Assembly (NCBI GenBank): GCA_904063045.1 | Contig: CAJFCJ010000049.1 | Location: 103,313-167,312, forward strand | DNA length: 64,000 bases | DNA from: Dimorphilus gyrociliatus | Taxonomy: Eukaryota > Animalia > Annelida | Direction: 5' to 3' | Shown here: positions 1 to 11,084 of the stretch, one piece after another | Layout: the number at the start of each line of letters is the position of its first letter | Numbering within the stretch: position 1 is the first letter of the stretch | Translations under genes and position numbers: made by a program | The notes under the pieces: model-generated | What the model was told of the DNA's origin: nothing | Databases searched by the model: none | Seen by the model: only the letters and a program-made list of their open reading frames with translations

Positions 1-377
1 AAGATTCCTAATATCTTTACTACATGTAAAATAGATACAATAAAAATTAACTAATATAGTTAATATTGACAATAATAGAAAAAACTTAATTTGAAGAATT
101 AAATAAGTCAAAAAAATTTTGTCTTATTGGAATGCCAAACCAGATGTCAAGACTACGTTCCAATAATTATGAAGCACAATCAAATCAAGAAAGAATTGGC
201 GAAAATTACTAAAAATATTTGCTAATAATATTCCCAAATATCATTATTTTCTCAATTTTTTAATATTACATAAATATTACCGTTTTTCTATATAAATTTT
301 CTTGGTTGTTTAACTCTGGCCATTTTCAACATGGCCATTTCCTATGGATGTGGTAGAAAATGGCAATAGATCTGTGG

Positions 378-505
378 TTTTACCCTAACCTGGCCCTTAT
401 TTTTGCCTAACCTTTTTCAATGCTCCTAACCCTTAGATGGGACCCTCCAAAGTCAATAGCTATCTTATTCCTCCTAACCATTTCTCAACCTGAAATCTTG
501 TACAC
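378..505 (+). repeat. Dispersed CCTAAC-rich repeat (copy A of a family also at ~30555, ~54628, ~55793)
   Basis: ttttaccctaacc..cccttg/a..cctaacctttttcaat..cctaacccttaga.g..ccctcc aligns by eye with 30555-30621 and 54628-54790. Confidence 0.7.
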
Positions 506-575
506 TTAGACATAATATATATCAATATTTAGACTTTAGATGTAAAGGTATATTAGAAATACTTCTATTTCCTAG

Positions 576-1020
576 GAATTATAATGATGGAGCTTTAGAA
601 AGACTCTTATTTCGTAGAGTTAGATTTTATGACGAATACTGTTCTGAAGGAGCAGAAATTCCTACAATTACAATAGAACAAAGTATAAATCTAAATTTCA
701 GATATGGCCGGTCCCGTTTCCTATCATATTTCACTTTTTATTTACATTTAAGAGTTTTGTTCTTTTGAGAAATGTCAAAATTGTAAGTATTAGTTTTGCA
801 TTCTGTGCAAAGAGATGATTAGATGTTAGAGACAAACCTCGCAGTACTTATATATCCTAACTGTCGCAGTCCAATCATCTTGAAATGTTATTTATTTATT
901 AATTATTTAACAAATGTATTTGTATGTATTGAAATGATCAAAACTTTGAGCTCACTTTAAGGTTATCTTTACACAAGGATATTATCAGATTCATCAGCTT
1001 CTACAATGTGCTGGGCCTAA
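576..1020 (+). CDS. Putative last three exons of an unidentified gene starting upstream
   Basis: Exons 576-682, 753-782 and 962-1020 splice in frame via GT-AG to give NYNDGALERLLFRRVRFYDEYCSEGAEIPTITIEQKFCSFEKCQNCYLYTRILSDSSASTMCWA*. No family recognised. Confidence 0.4.
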
Positions 1021-1104
1021 GCAAAGATTATTAAATTGTAATAAACAAAAATAAGATAATAATAAATATGTATTGATTATAATTTTTTCAAATGATTAGT
1101 ATAA

Positions 1105-1270
1105 TAGTATGTACAATCAATGAGAAATTATTGCATTTTTAGTCCATGAGGAGACCTCTTCAAAGAATATTTATGCACTACTAAAAAGCTATTTGGTGGT
1201 GATGAGACTCTGTAAGAAGGTGAGTTAATGGCTGACAGGAAATGTCCTCAAGTGGAATATTTAAAAGCAT
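1105..1270 (+). mobile_element. Degraded mariner transposase N-terminus
   Basis: Translation IIAFLVHEETSSKNIYALLKSY...V.*W resembles the mariner N-terminal HTH pattern (I.FL..EG....I...L...YG). Frameshifted. Confidence 0.35.
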
Positions 1271-1865
1271 CATTTCAGATTGAAAAATGGTTAGGAGGAG
1301 TAAAGTGGCTATGGATTTGTGATTAGGGGGGTTAGAAGTAATCAAAAAGCTAAAAGTGGCTAAATCAGTTGAGATATTTTTAAAAATTTGAATTTTTAAA
1401 AAAGAAAAGATTACTGTTCTCGATTTTTTTTGACACTAGATTTTGACCGAAAAAAGCTTAACTGTGTCTGTTAAGGCTAATTTGAATTTGAATTTGATAA
1501 TATTTTATTTTAAAACTATGATTTAAAGATGCGTCACAGGTTTCTATAACTGATCAGATTAAAATTATTGTTTTTTAAAATGTCATATCCGAAATATATT
1601 TATAGACTCAACAGTTTTTTTCCTTCTTTTTAATGACATGTTAGATGATTTAAAAATTTTTAATTCTCTTTTAATTTCAAGTTTACTAATCAATCAATTA
1701 ATCCAACCCAGTCAATTAATTTGTCACTCAGTAAATGTATAAATGGATACATTACTCAAAGAGTGTCCAACAAAACTAGCAAATTTAAATAATAGAAAAA
1801 CCCCAAAACTCCATCTTCTCTAGGAAAAATATATCATTGCTGCTCGTCTATTTTTCATTTTGAAA

Positions 1866-1914
1866 TTATAAATATTTCTCCATTTTGAAGTTGATCTGTT
1901 TATATACAAAAAGA

Positions 1915-1976
<62 letters not shown>

Positions 1977-2828
1977 TAAAAATTAGGTTAAATTAACATG
2001 TTAAAATCTCTTTTTTTTTACCTGATGACCAGCATTCAAATATTTTGGACATTTGATTTCATATGTTATTATATATCCAAGTTTGAGATAAAGATTAATT
2101 GCTTTTGTATTATCCGAATTTACAATTAGAGATACTCTCTGTAAAGTGAATTTGAATAGTAAGGTATCAATGGATTATAATTATTATTATCTTTTACCTT
2201 TGCACCTCTCTTTTCTGCAATATATTCGCAATATTGCATTACATTATAAGCAATTTTTTGACCTCTTGCCTTTGGATCTACTGTTACGTAATCAATATAA
2301 GGTTCAAACATTTCTGATCTAATACTTGTTATTTCCAATTGCAATCCAGTTAATACAAATTTTCCAACACAAGATAATGGAAAAATTTTTAAAGTTTCAG
2401 AAATTGGTAAACCTTTTTCTTGTCTATTTTAAAATTTATTTCTTTTTTTTTAACAAAACAATAGAAAGATTGATTAATATTTACCCTGCAAAGTCCTGTA
2501 ATTTTAGTAATCCTTTTACCTCATTATTAATTTCGGTGATTAAAAAATTATTTTTGACAGTATTATCATAATTTAAAGTTTTTATCCAAAATTCTCTGAC
2601 ATATCTAAGATTATTCCTTCCAACAACTATCGATAAATCATCACTGTAAGCATCAGTTATCAATTGAGCAACTCTTGGTATATCCTTATCCTTTATTCCT
2701 CTAAAAGTCATTCCATCTACAACAGGTATTGCTCTTTCTACATTGCTCTTTGTCTTCAAATACTCATTATAGTTTTGTAAATAAGCAATTCGTTTAAATG
2801 AAAAGAGTCTTCTTGCCAAACTGTTCAT
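1866..2828 (-). CDS. GNAT-family N-acetyltransferase, 4 exons, ~238 aa, apparently intact
   Basis: Exons 2828-2485, 2423-2198, 2138-2022 and 1895-1866 join in frame with canonical GT-AG. Motif A: YIDYVTVDPKARGQKIAYNVM. Motif B: VNSDNTKAINLYLKLGY. C-terminus MEKYL*. Confidence 0.9.
1913..1970. repeat. (GT)n(GA)n microsatellite in the last intron of the GNAT gene
   Basis: Read directly from sequence. Confidence 0.95.
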
Positions 2829-3742
2829 TGTGAAGTGTGAGTGGGACGGAATAATTAATTTAACAACTTGAATATTTATATTCAAAAATTGAATTTAAGG
2901 CATATTTTAGCCTGGTTATCAAAGAACCTTAGATGTGATCAATGTGTCCATTGAAATAAACTCTCTCTTGTAATCTTGATTTTGATAAATTTGTTTTAAA
3001 TTTTGTATTGTAGTAAGTTCAGCAAATATGTTCGAATCATAAAGAAAATATTTTCTCTTTGTTACAAACACTGCATCTCCATAAAGTATAGCTGTCTTTC
3101 ATAAATTTTACATTGATTGCAAATCCATTAAAGAGTAGAATGTTCTTTCCTTTTTAATTTCAAATGACTGACTGTAACTAGTGAGGGCTTGGTGAAGTTA
3201 TAAGAAACTATATATAAAACTTTTGTTACAAATACCAGTTTAAGGAAAGATGAGTTATTTCCTTCCTTAGGGAAGGAAATTTATCTAATTCCTAATTAAA
3301 TAACTATTGAAATTTTTTAGTGAATCATTAAAAATGTTTACAATCCAGAAAACCTATTAACCTATTATATTATTTCGTTTCATGTGTTTAGATATCTCTC
3401 ATAAAGTAAAAGTCATTGTCGGCTTGAGCTTTAACAATAAAGCCTAAAGATTGTCCAATTGGTGTTTCGTGTTCGCCAACTATTCTCATATAACTATGTC
3501 AAATTGAATTACGATTGGATAATATAAATCGCATTACACTATCATCTGTAGAATCTGGAAATGCGCATTCAAAATTGAGAATATACAGTCCCAATAAAAA
3601 ATCTTGGGCAGGGTTGTCCTTAAACTGGAAAAAGGGAAATATTTACCTAAAAGGACTTGCTTAATTATTTTTTTTTATTAGAATGAAGGATAAGACATTT
3701 ATACAACTGAATTTAAAGATATAATTCATTTAAAAATTTACA

Positions 3743-3979
3743 TTAACAAGCTTGTCTAGCAGTATAAAAAGGATTCTTTTTTTGAATCACAATAAGATTT
3801 CTCTTGTCTACTTCTGAAATCTTTTTGGGGCGGCCAGACCTGGGTCTGTCCTCCATAGTAAAATATTCTGCTTTCTTTTTTAGATTGTACTGAATAGTAC
3901 TGCGAGCAATTTTTAGCTCTTTGGAGATTTTTACTTGGCTTAACCCTCTTCGGTCCAGTTCAACAATTTTTTCATGCAT
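3743..3979 (-). mobile_element. Tc1 transposase N-terminal (HTH) fragment
   Basis: GLSQVKISKELKIARSTIQY..EDRPRSGRPKKISEVDKR..KKNPFYTA is the paired-like HTH with the GRPK linker. The catalytic domain is absent. Confidence 0.85.
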
Positions 3980-4299
3980 TTCTAGGTTTTATTTTACCCA
4001 TTTTAAAAGTTTTGTAATAATTTGTTCCAAAGAATAGTCTGACAGTACTCAGGAATGTCGTAAAAAATAAAAAAAAGTGGGTTTCTATCTAATTAACATG
4101 TAACTTTTTGCCGGGAACAGGCATCCTGCCAGAAATTTTACCTCCTCCATTTTTGCAAAAATTTGTCAAAAAAAATTACTGGAAAGTAAAAAAAATTTTT
4201 AGTATTCTTCCAGTATTATCAAGTTTAAAAGACGTTTAATAATAAAAATCTAAAGTTAGTTGACTCTATGACTCTGATGAGCTTTTTTTATCTAAAATG

Positions 4300-4830
4300 A
4301 AAATAGCCAAAAAAAACTGTCTCTAGATTCTGATTTGGAAAGTAAAGTGAGCGTTTTCTTTTAATCTTATCACTAAAAGATAAACTTTTAAAAAATATCG
4401 TTTTCCTTGAAACTCAGAAATCAATATAATAGCTCACTGGTAAGTTCTAAACAAAAATAGACACTGAGTATTTGAAAAAGAGCCAACAGAGAGAGTTTTC
4501 TTATTTCGTTATCTAAAAATATGCTTTTTTCATCATAGTTTAAAGATAATTGTCGATTTGGCAAGAGTGGAGCGGATTTTAAAGTACACAATCCATCTTC
4601 ATCAAAACTTTTTATAAAACAGTTAGTGTCAATAAATTTTAATACTATTTCCGGTAAAGTTTCTTTCGAATTAAATTTTATTCCATTAAGCCTACTACTC
4701 TCAATTAAAATTGACTTTTTCGATACCATTACGCAAATAGAATACAATTTATCTAATAGATATTCATTTTGTTGCAATTCGCAATGATTCCCTTCGAATA
4801 TCCTTACAATTTTACCTTCTGTTCGAAAAG
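4300..4830 (-). pseudogene. Coding-like segment of unknown family, frameshifted at the 3' end
   Basis: Open frame RTEGKIVRIFEGNHCELQQNEY...SAPLLPNRQ (ORF 4421-4777 plus upstream codons) continues protein-like in another frame. No motif assigned. Confidence 0.3.
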
Positions 4831-4994
4831 ATTAATTATTAGAAAAAAAGAGCGATAAAAGGTGTACAATTGGAAAAACTAACCAAAATCGTTGATTCAA
4901 AATTGTTTGTGGCTTTGGCAAACGTTACGTAACGACTTGGATAATTCATTTGATAGCGAGTACTTAGTAGAACATTATTAGGGGGACTGTTATA

Positions 4995-6350
4995 TTAAAT
5001 GTTTGAATGATTTATATCGGTTAAATTGATAAAAATCTGGTTAGTATTTGATAGAAGAATTGTAAATATTCTTGTTTCTTGACTATAAAAGTTAATGAAG
5101 ATATCTTGGCATTGATTATTAGTATTAGGTATTTTTCCATTTAAGCTAAAACTGAATGATTTTAATGAATAATGCATGTTTGGAGGAAGGTAATACTGCC
5201 ATTTTGTTGTTGACGTCAATCTATACCATTTAACTCGTATATCTAAAATTTAAATGATGAATAATTATTTTATAATAATATTTTGAAATTTTAATTTACA
5301 AACCTTCTGAAAATACTTGAACAAGACCAAATCCAACATTTCTATTGCTTGCATGAGATTTAACTTCTATATAGATACCAGTTTCTATTAATTTATCATT
5401 ATATTCAAAACAGTTTTGGTATGGATCTTGTCTAATGTTAATTAATTCCTCGAAACCGGAAGTCCATTTGATCTTCACCTTTGTAATGTACTTTATTGTA
5501 TGTTGCCTATTGTAGCGAAAGAGTTTATTATACTAAACTTTAGGAAGATAGAAAATAATTTTTTCACATAATTGTAAGACAAAAACTAATTGGTTTCCCA
5601 TAATATTGAAATGAAATATTTATATATTGTCCTATGCATTGGGCTTCATCATGTTCAGCCATCCATTCATTAACCATAGAAGAGTAACTGTTTATTAAAT
5701 CTAACGCTGGATGGCATTTCCAAACGTTACTATTTTTATTACAGTTTTTGCAGTACAAGTTGCTCCATTTTCTTTTGAAGCTATATCAATTAATAATTTA
5801 AAAGCTTGCCTGTTATCTGAAATATTGGTGAATTATGAAATGACTGTAATAATGTTTTAATAATGTTAATGTGATATTCACTATCGTATAAATTTATGAT
5901 TATTGAACTGAAACCGGTGTTTGAAGCTGTTGATTGATGTGGTAGAAATGTTATATTTTTCGCACTAATTCCACTTTGGAACTCTGGTAGAAAGCATTCA
6001 ATTAACGCTTTTTTATCCAAGTTTATCTTGTACGAAAGTCCATTTTCGTAGAAAAATTCGACTTTTTCCGCTTTGTTTTCATAGGTTCAATACGATTGAG
6101 ATAAACATATTTCATTAATGTTGTATGTTTTTTGAATGTTATTGCAAATTTATTAAAAATTAAAGGATTAGCCGCAGATGTCACATAGGAATTCACATTC
6201 ATCCAATGAGGAGATAGAACATTTTCACATGCAAAATTTACCAGGGCTTTTATTTTCTTAGCATAACATTCAGCTCAATTTGACACATCAGCAACATTCA
6301 CTAATTTCATTCCTGCATCAGGTGGAATAAGTTTTAGAGGAGGAGACAGC
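4995..6350 (-). pseudogene. Disrupted paralog of the 11085-13258 secreted discoidin-like/FAMeT-like gene
   Basis: LVNVADVSN*AEC..FACENVLSPHWMNV vs LVNVGSKKNGATC..FLCENSLEPEWINV. LIDIASKENGATC..EWMAEHDEAQCIGQYINISF vs LINIAELELGATC..EWASQCHGDSCIDQYIEITF. Intron positions match. One stop, at least two frameshifts, and a C-terminal truncation. Exon-like pieces may extend to ~7250. Confidence 0.75.
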
Positions 6351-7814
6351 AACATTTAAGAATTGTTAATATACAAACTTGTATCTATAAACACAATCGA
6401 CAGGGAGAGAAGACAACAACTTGAAAAGTAAGATGCATTTTTGGTTCTTTGAGTAATTCTAAAAATTCAAAAGAAAATTAATTCAAGTATTGAAGAATAA
6501 GTTTTTATAAAATTATAAACCTATGAAAAAATCATTTTTACGCTTTGGATTTATTACGTTAGAATCATTAATATGGATTTTCTATTGACTATTTCAAACA
6601 GTGCAATCTGTTTAATGTATTCATGAGCTCAATAATACATGAAGATGTAGACCTGGTGTTTAATGTTTGTGGCAATTGTTTCGTCTATAAAGCTTCCAAT
6701 TATATTAGGTAACCTTCTCCTTTGGTTTTCAATTCTATAGTTGAGTTTGTATTTATAAGAGTTGAAAATGTAAATGATAGAGATGATGATGATGGTGGTG
6801 GTGGTGATTGTGAGGTGATGAGAATACACTTGAAATACCTGTAATGAGTGATTTTAACTCAAGTTTTTTTTTTCAAAGATAAATTTTTTTCTGCCAAAGC
6901 AATTACATCACCTATATTTGAGGTTCGTTCGGATTTATTGAGACCTAAAGACATTATGACCAGACATCTAAAAAGAAAAATTCATATAAAAAACATTTGA
7001 TTTACAATGCCAGCATCTCACATCATAAGAAACAAAATGTCTTCCATTTTTTTGATGATGAAATGCAATTGTATCATCCATTTTCATATTGATTGTATGA
7101 TTAATGAGAATGATTTTAATACCAACGGACTCTAGGGATATTTGTATCAAATGAACTAATTTATAGGTTAAATTGTATTTATTTTCCTTGTCAAGTGGTT
7201 CCAAATGCCAATTTTCCCAGTATACATTGAGTTTATTCTATAATATTCAACATATTACAATAAATATTACAATAAATTCAAAACCAAATCAATTTTACAG
7301 CTTTTTCCAAATGAATTAAAATAATTAGTTAATGAATATCTAACACCTTTTTTAGACTTTTTCTTTCCTCCCTTCATTGAATTGAAAATTAAAACAGTCA
7401 AAGTCTCATCCAAAACTGCTATTATATGACAAATTATGATTTTTGTCCAGAAATTCTTTAATTATCAAATTTTAATGAATCTAAATGATATTTCAAGGAA
7501 ACTCATATATATATCCAACTTTAAAGTAATGTTTTATACCCGAACAATAAAAAAAAATCTTTTTTGCTGGTGATAAAGATTAATAATGTTCGGCCTATAG
7601 AAATTCATGGTGTCCAGGTTTTTTAGTCGACTACTATATACCACTTAGAACTATTAAAAGACTAGATCAATACTGCTCAACATATACGTAAGAAAATACA
7701 ATAATCTTAGAGTTAGGATACACTTACAAAGTATTCTTAATAAATACTATATAAATGTTACTAGATGCTCCCTCTAGGGCAAATGTTATCCAACTACCAA
7801 AATATAAGCAAAAT

Positions 7815-7957
7815 ATAAGATGTTACATAACTAAACATGTTGACAAAACCAAAAATTTTTTTACCAAAACATAATGTAACAAATGACCTTTAAACGTTTA
7901 TTAACATGACTTTTTGTTACATCACTATTGCATAGCATAATAACCTTTGACCCTGTT
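7815..7957 (+). repeat. Dispersed repeat (second copy at 19749-19898)
   Basis: ataagatgttacataac(t)aaacatgttgacaa...tgaccctt...gttacatcacta...ataacc(t/c)ttgaccctgtt is shared between the two sites. Confidence 0.75.
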
Positions 7958-8249
7958 GCATTAGAATGGACAGAAAAACATAATTATGTAAAACCTCATT
8001 TAAATGTTTTTGAAAATAAATGCTGTTGATTCTTTACCGTGCTTTAGTAATACCCATTGAAAAGATTTTGATACATTATCTACAAAATTACAATTAAGAT
8101 TAGCAATTAAAAAACTTACATCTTTTAATTATAATATCTTACATCTAACAAAATCACAAAAAAAGTTTCTGTAAATAGAGAAGAAAAAATACAAAAAATC
8201 CTACACCATTTTGCGTCCAAAAGAAATTTTAATATTCAACCAAAACGGA

Positions 8250-9200
8250 AATTTGCAATTTGTTTTGAATTTTACACCGAAAATAGTGGAAATATCTTGT
8301 TTTGTCATCATATCATTTTTGATGAATGTATAACTAATCTAACTGAAAACAGACAGATAGATAACCATATGTTGAAGATTTCTGAAGGACTTGAAAAATT
8401 GTAGATTAAATAGAGAGCAAAAACAAGAGAGGAAATTTGCCAAATCGTTTGCTCCGGAATTGAAACAATAAATCTAAATTGGAATATAAATATGGGTAAT
8501 GGAATTTTTAATATTTGCCATGAACGAATGTCATCATATATTTTGAAGAAACTTGATTTCACAAATTGTAATTTAAATAAAGAGCAAAGAGAAAAGATAG
8601 AAAATTTACTAAACCATTGCTCAAGAATAGAAATAATAAAGGTATCTTGGAATAAAGGCATAGTACTTTCCTCCTGGGGGTGGTAGGTAAGTACTGGTCC
8701 AAAGAGAACCGAATTAGGAGTAAGCCACTTAGAAGAGAGTTGAGGGAAGATGAATATAGAACCAAATCATAAGAATAATAGAACTGTATTCTAAAGTAAT
8801 ACTAGACCTGTTCACTAAGAGGGTTGATTCAGGACTGAATGCCTGTTACTACCTACGCCCTGCTTTTATACAAGTCCTTATCAGCTGGTGTCAATAGCAA
8901 GGGTCGAACCCCAGATAAGGATTGTTCACTCTTCATTAGAATATGTGAATTTTAGCAATAATTATCGTCTAAAAGATGGATTAAAATGTATCTTGGATGG
9001 ACTTCAATACTCTTCAAACATCTTAATGGAAATTAATCTGAGTTCGTGCGATTTGAATGATGACCCAGCAAAATATGTAGGAAACATCTTTTCAAGTTAC
9101 AGCTAATGATATTGAGCTGTTTCAAAGTGTTTGAAGAAGATTGAAGTCCCTTACACACAATTTTATACATACTCTTAGCCATTTCTAAATCAGTTGAATA
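8250..9200 (+). pseudogene. Decayed RING plus RI-type LRR gene, paralog of 52198-53655
   Basis: Eroded RING (ICFEFYTEN..ILFCHHIIFDECITNL) followed by IETINLNWNINMGNG..LKKLDFTNCNLNKEQ..NLLNHCSRIEII and LDGLQYSSNILMEINLSSCDL. Frameshifts, an LTR-like insertion and an inverted terminal LRR piece. Confidence 0.8.
8663..8929 (-). mobile_element. LTR-like repeat, copy 1, inside the RING-LRR pseudogene
   Basis: 8720-8929 matches the reverse complement of 19902-20132 closely. On the - strand it contains TATAAAAG and an AATACA-like signal. No TSD seen. Confidence 0.6.
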
Positions 9201-11084
9201 AATGTGCAATACAATACTAGATAATAATTTGAAAAAACTGAAAATAACATTATCAAAGTGGCCGTCGAAAGGAATCTGAGTATAATAATGCAACTGACCT
9301 TGTAGTCTGGTTAATTTCAGCGGTGAGATGTTAACAACATTAGCAACGGGTATCTCTTAATTATACATGGAGTTATTCCAGGCAATTCTGATCAATATAT
9401 AATGGCTGCTATAAGATTTTAGTTTAGTATTTATGAAAATATAAGTTACCAAATCATTAAACAATTTGCTTACTAATCTAATAATTAATTTAGATGTACC
9501 CTGTAGTTCATTACGTCACTAATTTCTCAGAGTAGCTACTATAGAAATTTTTACCCGCACCTAAACAGTAATCCATAATTAAAAGTGACAGACACAAGAA
9601 AGGAATGATAATCTTTAAGGCTGAATTCAAAAACTGGTGCTTCATCCAAGGAGAGAGTTTAAGAAGAATAATTCAAAGTAGACAACAAAAAAGTACTGAT
9701 TAAATACAGGCTCTAAGCAGATATGTTCTAAAACTGTTCTTGCAATGAAATTTTCCAGAAAAATGGAACTAGCTGACAAAAAACAGTAAAAACAGAGTAG
9801 TACTTGAAAAGAAGACATTAGACAATTGGATAGCCAGCAATCCAGACCTCAATATTATAAAGCAAAATTACTCAGCTTATGGCAACAGCCACTCAATTTT
9901 ATCAGGAATGGGTAAAACTGTACCAGGTAAAATCGTACCCATTGAGAGTGAAATTGTACCTGTTGATATGAGAATATTAAAAATTGAAATGATGACCCTA
10001 CATAAACAGCTGTTTGCTAGATATTTAATTGAAATTTTTTGTAAATATATAAAATGACTCAGATTTTTCAGTAATTTTTGTATTTTGTATCAACAAATAT
10101 GTGGTATGTATACCACTAGTACTTGTAAGTAGTTTTTAAGTTTCTAGTCAGCCATTTTGAATTTGTTTATTGATAAGAGAATCTTGAAATCATATTGAAA
10201 TTATTTGCTTCAAACTTATTCAGTGCTTTCAAATACTAAATTTAACATTTCACATCGGCGCATTTTGAAATATGGGAATGAAATGTAAAAATTGCAAACT
10301 TACAGTTTATGGAAGACAGAAGACAAAATTTTGTTTGCAATACAATGAGCTTCTTTATGAGAAATCTATCATTAGTAAGAATATTTAAATCATATGGTCA
10401 ATTGCAAATATGTCAATTATTTCTATTTTAGATTCTGAGAGGCTGATTTGGTTTGTATTTATGAAAACTTCTCTCTGAGAGGTAATCTTTATTACCAAGT
10501 ATCAGAGAAAAAAATATGGCGTTGTAGAGAGAAAAATATTTGAAATTTGGGATAATTATAGACTTGGAAAGATGTTGGCTGATCAATTATTATTCCAAAC
10601 ATCATATATTTATACTGCCTAGTTATTCTATTCTATTTTTCTTTAGTTGTTATACATTAAAAAGAATCCTTCAATCGTGTCTTATAATTTCATTACAATA
10701 TTCAAATATTCATAATATATCATCGTTTTTTGTTATTTCCATATGTATCAACATCCATAATATTACTTGGGTACATCTAAAGAGAAATTCGCCCCTATTC
10801 ATTTGTATCAAATCCCTCTAGTGGAGTTTATCTCCAATGCCTCTGGCAGTCGGCCTACTACACTTGGTTTAACTGCATTGTTCTCTTGTAAGTTATCAAT
10901 ATTCATGATTATACAATAAACTATGACAATTGGTGTGTATAACAATAAAATCTATAATTTTTTTAAATATTTCATTGTCTTATAATTGAGTTGAACAATA
11001 CATATTTATAGAATATTTTTGTTAATAGCATTGTTGAAAAATCGTATAGGTAGAGGATATGCAAGAAAAATATCATTCTGCATT

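Noticed and set aside
3030-3160. GKNILLFNGF..WRC FLYWCH-like peptide on the - strand
   Set aside because: Short, bounded by stops and with no adjacent MULE motifs. Too weak to call.
4268-4320. CTGATGA...GAAA resembling a hammerhead ribozyme core (also checked 2022, 27177, 48354)
   Set aside because: I could not build stems I and III or the cleavage triplet by eye. An Infernal scan would be decisive.
8895-8925. GGTTCGACCC B-box-like motif (- strand) suggesting a tRNA or SINE
   Set aside because: No A-box or cloverleaf, and the second copy reads GGTTAGACCC. It is part of the LTR-like repeat.
10814-10824. Single CCACTAGAGGG CTCF-like 11-mer upstream of the 11085 gene
   Set aside because: Isolated, and lacks the other module blocks. 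It cannot be distinguished from chance without a PWM scan or chromatin data.
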